The translations under genes and the position numbers were made by a program. The notes under the pieces were generated by a model. It had not been told where the DNA came from, made no database searches, and saw only the letters and a program-made list of their open reading frames with translations. From Actinomycetota bacterium (GTDB lineage: Bacteria; Actinomycetota; Actinomycetes; JACCUZ01), in contig JAVEDJ010000012.1 in the NCBI GenBank assembly GCA_030841025.1, positions 1 through 49,524 of the forward strand: a stretch of 49,524 nt of DNA, in the 5' to 3' direction. The first letter of the stretch is position 1; each line of letters begins with the position of its first letter. Shown here in pieces: positions 9,756 through 18,196 of this stretch.

Positions 9756-10451
9756 CTAGCCGCGCATCCAGCTCGCGACCAGGTAGCTCACGCCGAACGG
9801 CGCCGCGGCCTGGGTCACGCTGGCCTGCCACGCGCCGGCACCCGCCCGGGCCGCGCCCGCCAGCACCTGCCACGGCGCCCGGCCCGCGACCAGCAGCGCG
9901 TCGGCCAGCGTGCAGTCCAGCCGGAGCAGCGCTTCGTGGTCGGCGCCCGAGAGTGCCCGCTCGACCTCGTCGTCGAAAGGTGCAGCGCGCTCGTCGAGGT
10001 AGCCCGGGCCCTTCACGCTCCGCCGCGCGCTGCCGTCACCCATCACCAGCAGGGCGACCCGGTCGGCACGGTCCGCGAGGCCGGCGCCCAGGTTGGCGCA
10101 GCGAGCCGCTTCCTCGTCGACGGCGACCCCGAACAGCAGGCGTGGCACCTCGGGGGCCGCCTCGTCGACCAACCAGCGCCCCACGGTGAGCGACAGCGGC
10201 AGCGTGGGGGTACCCGCTCCGACGCGCAGATCCACTCCGTACGCCGCGAGACTCCCGGAGGCCTCCGCCGGAAACGGCCCCACCTGAGGCGAGCCACCCA
10301 CGACCACCAACAGGTCAGGCGCGGCGTTCGCCAGGCCGGACACGGCCGCCAGGCAGGCAGCCCGCAGCTGCGCCAGGTCGGCGCCCTCGCCCGGGTCGAC
10401 GCCGGGCAGGAGCAGTGGAGGGTGCGGACACGTGGCCGCCGCGACAAGCAC
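9756..10451 (-). CDS. Class III extradiol dioxygenase subunit B-like / Memo-like fold protein (function unknown)
   Basis: The ORF runs 9756..10526. The family-typical N-terminus VLVAAATCPHPPLLLPG suggests a GTG start near 10451; M at 10508 or 10526 is possible. It has high third-position GC. The family call rests on N-terminal motif recollection only. Confidence 0.55.
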   Translation of the reverse strand: MLVAAATCPHPPLLLPGVDPGEGADLAQLRAACLAAVSGLANAAPDLLVVVGGSPQVGPFPAEASGSLAAYGVDLRVGAGTPTLPLSLTVGRWLVDEAAPEVPRLLFGVAVDEEAARCANLGAGLADRADRVALLVMGDGSARRSVKGPGYLDERAAPFDDEVERALSGADHEALLRLDCTLADALLVAGRAPWQVLAGAARAGAGAWQASVTQAAAPFGVSYLVASWMRG

Positions 10452-10711
10452 GTGGCGAAACCTAGCGCCTCGTTTACCCGCCGTTAGGCTCCGCCGCTGC
10501 ACAGTCATCGCCGTAGACCGGGTCACCCGAGGGACATTCCCTCGAGCCTTCAGGCGATTGAGTGGTTGCGATGAACGAGAACAAGGACAGCGACATCACC
10601 CGAGCGACCGCCAGCGCGAGCTCTGACCCTGACCGGACCGAAACCCTCGTGAACGCCCCGTGGTGGCCGTTCCCGGTAACCGAGAACGACCAGCAGCCAA
10701 GGAGCAAGACC

Positions 10712-11320
10712 ATGTCCGTTGTTCGCAATCCCATCCGCAAGGTCGCCGGGCTGGGCCTAGTTGCCAAGATCGCCCTCGGTGCCAGTCTCGCGCTGGGCGG
10801 TGCTACGGCCGTCGCGGCCACCGGCACCCTGCCGGGCGACGACGGCTCCAACCGCATCGCTCCCGCGGCGCAGCACAGCTCCTCGAAGAGCACGTCGGCG
10901 TCGACGCCCTCGAGCAGTGCGGCGGCCTCGACCGATGACAGCGGTCTGGACGGCGGCGGCGACGACGGCACCGCCGACCAGGGCCGCGGCGACAGGGCCG
11001 CCGTCGCTCAGGTCCCCATGAGCAACCCCAGCGCCAGCGACGACAGCTCCGGTCGCGGCAACGACGACGACGCGAACGACGACAGCTCCGGCCCCGGGAA
11101 CGCCAGCGCCAGCGACGACAACTCCGGTCACGGGAACGCTGACGACCGGAACAACAGCGACGCGAACGACGACAACTCCGGTCGCGGGAACGCTGACGAG
11201 CGCAAGAGTGGCGACGACAGCGGCGATGACAATGGCGATGACCACGGCACCAACAGCGGCAATGACGGCGACGGCGACGACGGGACCGCCGACCAAGGCG
11301 GCGGCAACAACGACGACTAG
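10712..11320 (+). CDS. Secreted Asp/Gly/Asn/Ser-rich repeat protein (hypothetical)
   Basis: The ATG at 10712 has AAGGAG 8 nt upstream and is followed by a signal peptide (MSVVRNPIRKVAGLGLVAKIALGASLALGGATAVAATG). The rest is Ser/Ala-rich and then strongly acidic repeats. The in-frame upstream extension (ATG 10571 or GTG 10562) also has coding-like GC3, so the start is uncertain. Confidence 0.7.
   Translation: MSVVRNPIRKVAGLGLVAKIALGASLALGGATAVAATGTLPGDDGSNRIAPAAQHSSSKSTSASTPSSSAAASTDDSGLDGGGDDGTADQGRGDRAAVAQVPMSNPSASDDSSGRGNDDDANDDSSGPGNASASDDNSGHGNADDRNNSDANDDNSGRGNADERKSGDDSGDDNGDDHGTNSGNDGDGDDGTADQGGGNNDD
11039..11197 (+). repeat. Four imperfect in-frame repeats encoding DD(S/N)SG(R/P/H)GN
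   Basis: The core GACGACARCTCCGGYCVCGGSAAC occurs 4 times at about 11039, 11078, 11113 and 11168. It is bracketed by two copies of a DG(G/D)GDDGTADQG module at 10949..10984 and 11264..11299. Confidence 0.8.
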
Positions 11321-11343
11321 GTCCCGCTAACCTCAGCGCGGCC

Positions 11344-11399
11344 GCGAGGCGAGCGTCACGGTGCTGCCCAGTCGGGTGGTGCCGGGTCGCTCGCCTCGC
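11344..11399. terminator. Long-stem hairpin between convergent genes (possible bidirectional terminator)
   Basis: GCGAGGCGAGCG (11344-11355) pairs perfectly with CGCTCGCCTCGC (11388-11399), a 12-bp stem around a 32-nt loop. It lies between the stop of the acidic-repeat gene and the stop of miaB. No clear U-tract. Confidence 0.4.
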
Positions 11400-11421
11400 T
11401 CGTTGTCAACCGGCCCCTTGT

Positions 11422-12903
11422 TCAGCCGCAGGCGTCAGCAGCAGAGCCGACGCTCGGGGCTCCGACCGTCGGCATCCCGAGCAGCACCCCGGCGGCGGGC
11501 ACGTCAGGCGCTCGTCCCGAGCGCAGCTCCCACGCGTCACCCGCGCGGGTCCGGCGCACCCCGCCGTACGCGCCGTCGGCCACCAGGTGGTGCGGCGCGG
11601 CGTAGGTCACCTCGACCGTGACGACGTCCCCGGGTCGAGGCGGCGCCGCGTCTGCCGGCAGCGAGAAGTGCACCAGGCGGTTGTCGGGGGCTCGCCCGGA
11701 GAGTCGATGCGTGGCACCGTCCTTGCGGCCCTCGCCCTCGGCGACGAGCACGTCCAGGACCCGACCGACCTGGGACATGTTCTCCGCCCAGGCGATGTCG
11801 TCCTGCAGTGCCGCGAGTCGCTCGTACCGCTCCTGCACCACCTGCTTGGGCACCTGCCCGTCCATCTGCGCGGCGGGCGTCCCGGGCCGCGGTGAGTACT
11901 GGAACGTGAAGGCGCCCGCGAAACGAGCGGCGCGCACGACCTCCAGGGTCTGCGCGAAGTCGTCCTCGGTCTCGCCCGGGAAGCCGACGATGATGTCGGT
12001 CGTGATGGCCGCGTCGGGCATCGCCGCTCGTACGCGGTCGATGATGCCGAGGTAGCGCTCCTGCCGATAGGACCGCCGCATCGCCCTCAGGACGACGTCC
12101 GAACCGGACTGCAGAGGCATGTGCAGCGAATGCATGACGTTGGGCGTCTCGGACATGGCGGCGATGACGTCGTCGGTGAAGTCCTTGGGGTGCGGCGAGG
12201 TGAAACGCACCCGCTCCAGCCCGTCGATCCCGCCGCACGCCCGAAGCAGCTTGCCGAACGCCTGACGGTCGCCGAACTCCACGCCGTAGGAGTTCACGTT
12301 CTGCCCGAGCAGCGTCACCTCGAGCACGCCCTCCGCCACGAGGGCCTCGACCTCGGCCAGCACGTCACCGGGGCGGCGGTCCTTCTCGGTGCCGCGCAGC
12401 GCGGGCACGATGCAGAACGTGCAGGTGTTGTTGCAGCCGACGCTGATCGAGACCCAGGCGGCGTACGGCGACTCGCGCCGCGTCGGCAACGTCGACGGGA
12501 AGACCTCGAGCGACTCGAGGATCTCGACCTGCGCCTCGTCGTTGTGCCGGGCGCGCTCGAGCAACGCCGGCAACGACCCGATGTTGTGGGTGCCGAACAC
12601 GACGTCGACCCACGGTGCACGTCGGATGATCTCGCCGCGATCCTTCTGGGCGAGACAGCCACCGACCGCGATCTGCATGGCCGGGTGCGCCTTCTTCGCC
12701 GGCGCCAGGTGGCCGAGGTTGCCGTAGAGACGGTTGTCGGCGTTCTCGCGCACCGCGCAGGTGTTGAAGACCACCACGTCGGCCAGCTCGGCGTCGGGGG
12801 CGCGGACGTAGCCCGCGTTCTCCAGCAGGCCCGAGAGCCGCTCGGAGTCGTGGACGTTCATCTGGCACCCGTAGGTGCGGACCTCGTAGGTGCGCGCAGT
12901 CAT
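11422..12903 (-). CDS. miaB: tRNA-2-methylthio-N6-dimethylallyladenosine synthase
   Basis: Starts at ATG 12903 ([21 protein letters not shown]). It has the radical-SAM cluster [11 protein letters not shown] and a C-terminal TRAM domain. The ORF-track N-terminal extension to 13068 looks non-coding. Confidence 0.92.
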   Translation of the reverse strand: MTARTYEVRTYGCQMNVHDSERLSGLLENAGYVRAPDAELADVVVFNTCAVRENADNRLYGNLGHLAPAKKAHPAMQIAVGGCLAQKDRGEIIRRAPWVDVVFGTHNIGSLPALLERARHNDEAQVEILESLEVFPSTLPTRRESPYAAWVSISVGCNNTCTFCIVPALRGTEKDRRPGDVLAEVEALVAEGVLEVTLLGQNVNSYGVEFGDRQAFGKLLRACGGIDGLERVRFTSPHPKDFTDDVIAAMSETPNVMHSLHMPLQSGSDVVLRAMRRSYRQERYLGIIDRVRAAMPDAAITTDIIVGFPGETEDDFAQTLEVVRAARFAGAFTFQYSPRPGTPAAQMDGQVPKQVVQERYERLAALQDDIAWAENMSQVGRVLDVLVAEGEGRKDGATHRLSGRAPDNRLVHFSLPADAAPPRPGDVVTVEVTYAAPHHLVADGAYGGVRRTRAGDAWELRSGRAPDVPAAGVLLGMPTVGAPSVGSAADACG

Positions 12904-13000
12904 GACCGGCCAAGGGTACGACGCGGCCGGCGTGCCGCTGCGCGGGAGCGCGGAAGCTGCTCGAGGTCCGGACCGAAGTGCGAGAACTCTAGTAGGACGC

Positions 13001-13029
13001 TTGACAACCTCGGAGATCCCGGGTGGGAT
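13001..13029 (+). promoter_or_regulatory. Candidate promoter giving a leaderless carbonic anhydrase mRNA
   Basis: TTGACA (13001-13006), a 17-nt spacer, then TGGGAT (13024-13029), then 7 nt to the ATG at 13037. No SD is present. Confidence 0.35.
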
Positions 13030-13036
13030 CGGCGGT

Positions 13037-13525
13037 ATGACGATCACGGATGAGCTTCTCGCCAACAACCAGCGCTACGCGGCGGAGTTCCAGGGGCCCC
13101 TCCCGCTACCGCCCGCCAAGCACGTCGCCATCGTCGCCTGCATGGATGCGCGGCTCAACGTCTATGGCGCGCTGGGCCTGCAGGAGGGCGATGCGCACGT
13201 CATCCGCAACGCCGGCGGCGTCGTGACCGACGACGAGATCCGGTCGCTCGCCATCAGCCAGCGGCTGCTCGGGACCGTCGAGATCATCCTCATCCACCAC
13301 ACCGACTGCGGCATGCTGACCTTCACCGACGACGAGTTCAAGGCCGGCATCCAGAAAGAGACCGGCATCAAGCCCGAGTGGGCCGCCGAGGCGTTCGCCG
13401 ACCCTGCCGAGGACGTGCTGCAGTCGATCGCGCGCATCAAGGCGAGCCCGTTCATCCCCAGGACCGACGCCGTGCGCGGCTTCGTGTTCGACGTCGCGAC
13501 CGGCAGGCTGAACGAAGTCAGCTGA
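13037..13525 (+). CDS. Beta-class carbonic anhydrase
   Basis: The zinc-ligand pattern CMDARL ... HHTDCGM and overall similarity to the small actinobacterial beta-CA type. ATG at 13037 ([15 protein letters not shown]). Confidence 0.88.
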   Translation: MTITDELLANNQRYAAEFQGPLPLPPAKHVAIVACMDARLNVYGALGLQEGDAHVIRNAGGVVTDDEIRSLAISQRLLGTVEIILIHHTDCGMLTFTDDEFKAGIQKETGIKPEWAAEAFADPAEDVLQSIARIKASPFIPRTDAVRGFVFDVATGRLNEVS

Positions 13526-13538
13526 TCCGGCCCCTCCT

Positions 13539-15260
13539 CTAGCGCGCCACCTCGGTGGCCCGAGACTCGCGTACGACCGTGACCCGGATCTGACCGGGAT
13601 AGGTCAGCTCGTGCTCCACCTGCTTGGCGATCTCACGAGCGATCACCTGTGCCTGGATGTCGTCGACCGCGTCGGGCAGCACCATCACGCGGACCTCGCG
13701 ACCGGCCTGCATCGCGAAGACCTTCTCCACGCCGTCGTACGAGCTGGCGATCTCCTCCAGCCGCTCCAGGCGCTTGACGTAGGCCTCGAGCGACTCGCGT
13801 CGCGCGCCGGGCCGTCCGCCGCTGATGGCATCGGCGGCCTGCGTGAGCACCGCCTCGAGGGTGTGCGGCTCGACCTCGTTGTGATGCGCCTCGATGGCGT
13901 GCACGACGTCGTCGTTCTCGCCGTACTTTCGGGCAAGCTCGGCGCCGATGATCGCGTGCGAGCCCTCGACCTCGTGGGTCAGTGCCTTGCCGATGTCGTG
14001 CAGCAGCGCGCAGCGGCGCATGAGGGAAGGGTCGAGGCCCAGCTCGCTGGCCATCATGCCGGCGATGTGCGCCGACTCGAGCAGGTGCTTGAGGACGTTC
14101 TGGCCGTACGACGTGCGGTAGCGCAACCGTCCGAGCATGGCGACCAGCTCGGGGTGCATCCGCGTGATGCCGACGTCGACCAGCGCGTCGGCGCCGGCCC
14201 GCACGCACAAGGCCTCGACCTCGCCACGAGCCTTCTCGTAGGCGTCCTCGATGCGCTGCGGGTGGATGCGCCCGTCGAGGACCAACGCCTCCAGGGCGAG
14301 CCGGGCCACCTCGCGGCGTACCGGGTCGAAGCACGAGAGCAGCACGGCCTCGGGTGTGTCGTCGATGATCAGGTTGACCCCGGTCACGGACTCGAAGGTG
14401 CGGATGTTGCGGCCCTCGCGACCGATGATCCGGCCTTTCATGTCGTCGCTCGGCAGGTGCATCACCGACACGACGGACTCGGTGGTCTGCTCGGTCGCGA
14501 GCCGTTGGATCGCCCCGGTGATGATCCGCCGGGCGCGCAGCTCGCCCTCGACCTGCGCCTCGCGCTCGATGTCGCGAGTGATGAGGGCGGCGTCGCGTCG
14601 CGCCTGGTTCTCGATCGTCGCGACGAGTTCGGAGCGCGCGTCCTCGGCGGTGAGGCCGGCGGTGCGCTCCAGCACCAGCGTGCGTTCCCGTTCCAGATCG
14701 GTCAGCTGGTCCCGGCGTGCATTGAGCTCGGCCTGGCGTGAGTCCAGCTCGGCGTGCTGATCGGCGAGCTGGCGGGCTCGTTGCTCGTGGTGCCTGGACT
14801 CGGCGTCGAGCCGCTCCTCGCGCTCGGTCAGCCGGTTCTCGCGACGCTCGAGGTCGAGGCGCTGCACGCGGATGTCCTCACGGATCGCCCGGAACTCCGC
14901 CTCGAGCTCCGCACGGACCTGATGCAACGCCAGCGCATCGGCTGATCCCGAGGAGGTCTGGGAGACGTGGGGGTCGGCAGCTGGCGAGGTGGCTGCGGAG
15001 GTGGCGGGGTCGGGTGCTGACGTGTCTGGGCTGGGTGCTGACGTGTCTGGGCTGGGCGCTGACGTGTCTGGGCTGGGCGCTGACGTGGCCGGTGTGGGTG
15101 CCGTCGCCGGTTGCACCGCCGTCGCCGATCCCGGTGCCGTCGGTGTGACCACTGCCGGCTGGGGCGCCCGCTCGCGGCGGAGGGACCGCACCGTCAGCGC
15201 GACCGCGATGGTGACGACCCACAGCAGGGCGACCCCGACCAGGACGAGGACGTCGTCCAT
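13539..15260 (-). CDS. rny: Ribonuclease Y
   Basis: The ATG at 15260 is preceded by GGAAGGAGGG. It has an N-terminal TM helix, a low-complexity linker, a coiled coil, a KH domain (GRIIGREGRNIR), an HD domain (LLHDIGKALTHE) and the C-terminus RVTVVRESRATEVAR. Confidence 0.92.
   Translation of the reverse strand: MDDVLVLVGVALLWVVTIAVALTVRSLRRERAPQPAVVTPTAPGSATAVQPATAPTPATSAPSPDTSAPSPDTSAPSPDTSAPDPATSAATSPAADPHVSQTSSGSADALALHQVRAELEAEFRAIREDIRVQRLDLERRENRLTEREERLDAESRHHEQRARQLADQHAELDSRQAELNARRDQLTDLERERTLVLERTAGLTAEDARSELVATIENQARRDAALITRDIEREAQVEGELRARRIITGAIQRLATEQTTESVVSVMHLPSDDMKGRIIGREGRNIRTFESVTGVNLIIDDTPEAVLLSCFDPVRREVARLALEALVLDGRIHPQRIEDAYEKARGEVEALCVRAGADALVDVGITRMHPELVAMLGRLRYRTSYGQNVLKHLLESAHIAGMMASELGLDPSLMRRCALLHDIGKALTHEVEGSHAIIGAELARKYGENDDVVHAIEAHHNEVEPHTLEAVLTQAADAISGGRPGARRESLEAYVKRLERLEEIASSYDGVEKVFAMQAGREVRVMVLPDAVDDIQAQVIAREIAKQVEHELTYPGQIRVTVVRESRATEVAR
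15012..15096 (-). repeat. Tandem 21-bp in-frame repeat (about 4 copies) inside rny
   Basis: On the + strand the units are GGTGCTGACGTGTCTGGGCTG x2, GGCGCTGACGTGTCTGGGCTG x1 and one degenerate copy. They encode the heptad (D)TSAPSP repeated in the RNase Y linker between the TM helix and the coiled coil. Confidence 0.9.
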
Positions 15261-15535
15261 GAGCCACCCTCCTTCCAGCGGCCGCCGTTGCGGGCAGCCA
15301 GCAGGAGAGTCACGTCGCGGCGCCCGGGCCCGCAGCGTCCCCCTTGCAGGGGTGCACGAACCGGGCGGCACCACAGCGGCTTCGCCGATGCCTCCGGCGA
15401 CCGGCGATCTCGCCTGCGCCGACCGCTGAGCAGATACCGGCGAAAATGTCGGGTATAGGTGTCGTCTGGTTCGGTTCTATCGCGGACCCGCGGTTGCGGA
15501 GTGAATCCTGCTCTTGTTCGGAGATTAGGGCGAGG

Positions 15536-16261
15536 TCACAGGTCGGTCAAGGAACGCGAGAGGCCGGGCGAGAAGTCCGGCTCGACGTCTGCGGCGCTCC
15601 CCGACGCGGCCTGCTCGGCCACCGCGGTCCGCACCACCTGCATGGCGACCGCACCGGAATAGCCCTTGCGGGCGAGCATCGCGACCAGCCGGCGGATCTG
15701 CACCTGCGCATCGTGCCCGCGCAGGGCGGCAAGCCGCTTGGCGACCAGGGCCTGCGCAGCAGCCCGCTCGTCGTCCTCGTCGAGGCTGTCGAGTGCGGCG
15801 GCGGCCAGCTCGTCGTCCACCCCCTTCTGCCGCAGCTCGCGGGCCAGCGCTCGCCGCGACAGGCCACGCGACGCGTGGCGCGACCGAACCCAGGCGCTCG
15901 CGAAGGCCTGGTCATCGATCAGGCCCACCTCGGTGAACCGGTCGAGGACCTGCTCGGCCACGTCGTCGGGCACGGCCCGCCGCCGGAGGTCGTCGGCCAG
16001 CTGGGCCCGGGTCCGGGGCGCCGCCGTCAGCCTGCGCAGCACGATCGAGCGCGCCACCGACACCGGATCTGCCTCGGGCACCTCGTCGGCGCTGCTGGCG
16101 GGCGTCGGCCCGTCCAGTCGCCCGTCCACTCGCCCGTCCAGCTCCCGGTCCTGCTGCGGTCGGTCAGGAAGGGCCGCAGGGACGTCGTGTCGCGGCGGCC
16201 CTCCCCGACTCCCCGAGCCACGTCGACTGCTCCGGTGTCCGGGTGCGGGACGTCGGGTCAT
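15536..16261 (-). CDS. recX: Recombination regulator RecX
   Basis: The ATG at 16261 lies 46 nt downstream of the recA stop. It has an Arg/Pro-rich N-terminal tail and then RecX helical repeats (ARSIVLRRLTAAPRTRAQLADDLRRR..., LSRRALARELRQKGVDDE). Confidence 0.85.
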   Translation of the reverse strand: MTRRPAPGHRSSRRGSGSRGGPPRHDVPAALPDRPQQDRELDGRVDGRLDGPTPASSADEVPEADPVSVARSIVLRRLTAAPRTRAQLADDLRRRAVPDDVAEQVLDRFTEVGLIDDQAFASAWVRSRHASRGLSRRALARELRQKGVDDELAAAALDSLDEDDERAAAQALVAKRLAALRGHDAQVQIRRLVAMLARKGYSGAVAMQVVRTAVAEQAASGSAADVEPDFSPGLSRSLTDL

Positions 16262-16307
16262 CGGCTGGCTCGAGTCTGTGGACGCCAGTCCCGTCGGCAG
16301 CATCCGG

Positions 16308-17369
<1,062 letters not shown>

Positions 17370-17430
17370 CCCGTTCGCGGAAGGAGTTGATCGGCGGGCG
17401 GTTTGCGTTGCTTTCTTCGTCACGACCGAA

Positions 17431-17453
17431 AACCTACGGCCAGCCCCCGACAG
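17431..17453 (-). promoter_or_regulatory. RecA-NDp-like (PafBC-type) promoter element upstream of recA
   Basis: The minus strand reads cTGTCGggg-N8-TAGGTT. This matches the published consensus tTGTCRgtg-N8-TAnnnT and lies about 60 nt upstream of the recA start. Confidence 0.5.
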
Positions 17454-17503
17454 AACTGCGGGCCGGACGCGCATCTGTGGATGCCGCGACCCTGTGGACA
17501 TTA

Positions 17504-17520
17504 CCGAACAGGTGTTCGAT
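17504..17520 (-). promoter_or_regulatory. LexA SOS (Cheo-type) box with adjacent -10 hexamer upstream of recA
   Basis: The minus strand reads aTCGAAC-ACCT-GTTCGg, a perfect GAAC-N4-GTTC palindrome. TAATGT follows immediately (17498-17503 on +). It lies about 135-150 nt upstream of the recA start. Confidence 0.75.
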
Positions 17521-17610
17521 CCCGCTCTCGACACGCCGGGCCTCGGCGCACGGACTCGAGGCCCTTCCGAGCGGCGTGGGCCGGTGCGGCCGGTGGGGCA
17601 CACTCATGGC

Positions 17611-17853
17611 ATGCGAGCAGGCAGGCGTGGTCGCCCCGACAAGAATCCGGCCGACAAGGATCCGGCCGACAAGGAGGCGGACAGCACGAGGCTGGCCGAG
17701 GCAGCCGCGGCGGGCGAGGACCGGTTCCGCCGGCTGCCGGCGCGCACGCGCGTCGAGGACATGACGACCTCGCGGGACGAGCCGCAGGTGCCCTTGGCCG
17801 AGACCGACCCCAACCGTGACTCCGCGCTGCGCTGGGGGCTCGGCGGTCTCTAG
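17611..17853 (+). CDS. Small hypothetical protein (80 aa), divergent from recA
   Basis: The frame starting at ATG 17611 has about 89% third-position G+C by hand count. That is clearly the highest of the overlapping frames I checked. It contains the triplet DKNPA-DKDPA-DKEAD. No SD seen and no family recognised. Confidence 0.4.
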   Translation: MRAGRRGRPDKNPADKDPADKEADSTRLAEAAAAGEDRFRRLPARTRVEDMTTSRDEPQVPLAETDPNRDSALRWGLGGL

Positions 17854-18041
17854 CGATGCTGCGGCGGGACCTCGAGTCCCTCGCAGACCCCGCGCCAGAC
17901 ATTCCTGGTGGGTTCCCCGTCGGCGAGCGCCTGCTCGACGGTGCGGTTCCCCAGCTGGCTGAGCACGTGGTTCTTGGCCAGCGAGTCGGCATGGGGGCCG
18001 AAGACGAGACGCATCCGCTCCCAGAAGTCCGTCAGTCGCAC
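17850..18041 (-). CDS. DUF3046 domain protein (Rv2738c-like)
   Basis: 63 aa with a GTG start. The N-terminus (M)RLTDFWERMRLVFG is typical of the small DUF3046 proteins found next to recA in actinobacteria. Confidence 0.8.
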   Translation of the reverse strand: MRLTDFWERMRLVFGPHADSLAKNHVLSQLGNRTVEQALADGEPTRNVWRGVCEGLEVPPQHR

Positions 18042-18151
18042 CCACCGAGTATCCGTCAGTGCGACGGCGGACCCGACGCCCGTCCGTTGATCGCGACGTC
18101 CGGGAAGCCAGTGGAGTCCACTCGCACCTGCGCCCGCAGACGGCGAACTTG

Positions 18152-18178
18152 CCGGCGGCTGCCAGTCTCAGCCGCCGG
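18152..18178 (-). terminator. Stem-loop terminator downstream of the phytase-like gene
   Basis: CCGGCGGCTG (18152-18161) and CAGCCGCCGG (18169-18178) form a perfect 10-bp GC-rich stem with a 7-nt loop. It lies 19 nt after the stop at 18197. It has only a weak U-tail, which is common for actinobacterial terminators. Confidence 0.6.
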
Positions 18179-18196
18179 GGAGACCGCAGCGCACAG

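Noticed and set aside
10527-10711. Riboswitch or other structured leader upstream of the secreted acidic protein (for example a ydaO/c-di-AMP type)
   Set aside because: I could not find the conserved cores of known actinobacterial riboswitches. The stretch has coding-like third-position GC in frame with the downstream gene, so it may simply be an N-terminal extension.
15012-15096. Possible CRISPR-like array (regular 21-bp repeats)
   Set aside because: The repeats are directly tandem with no spacers. They are in frame inside rny and encode a peptide heptad. No cas genes are present in the window.
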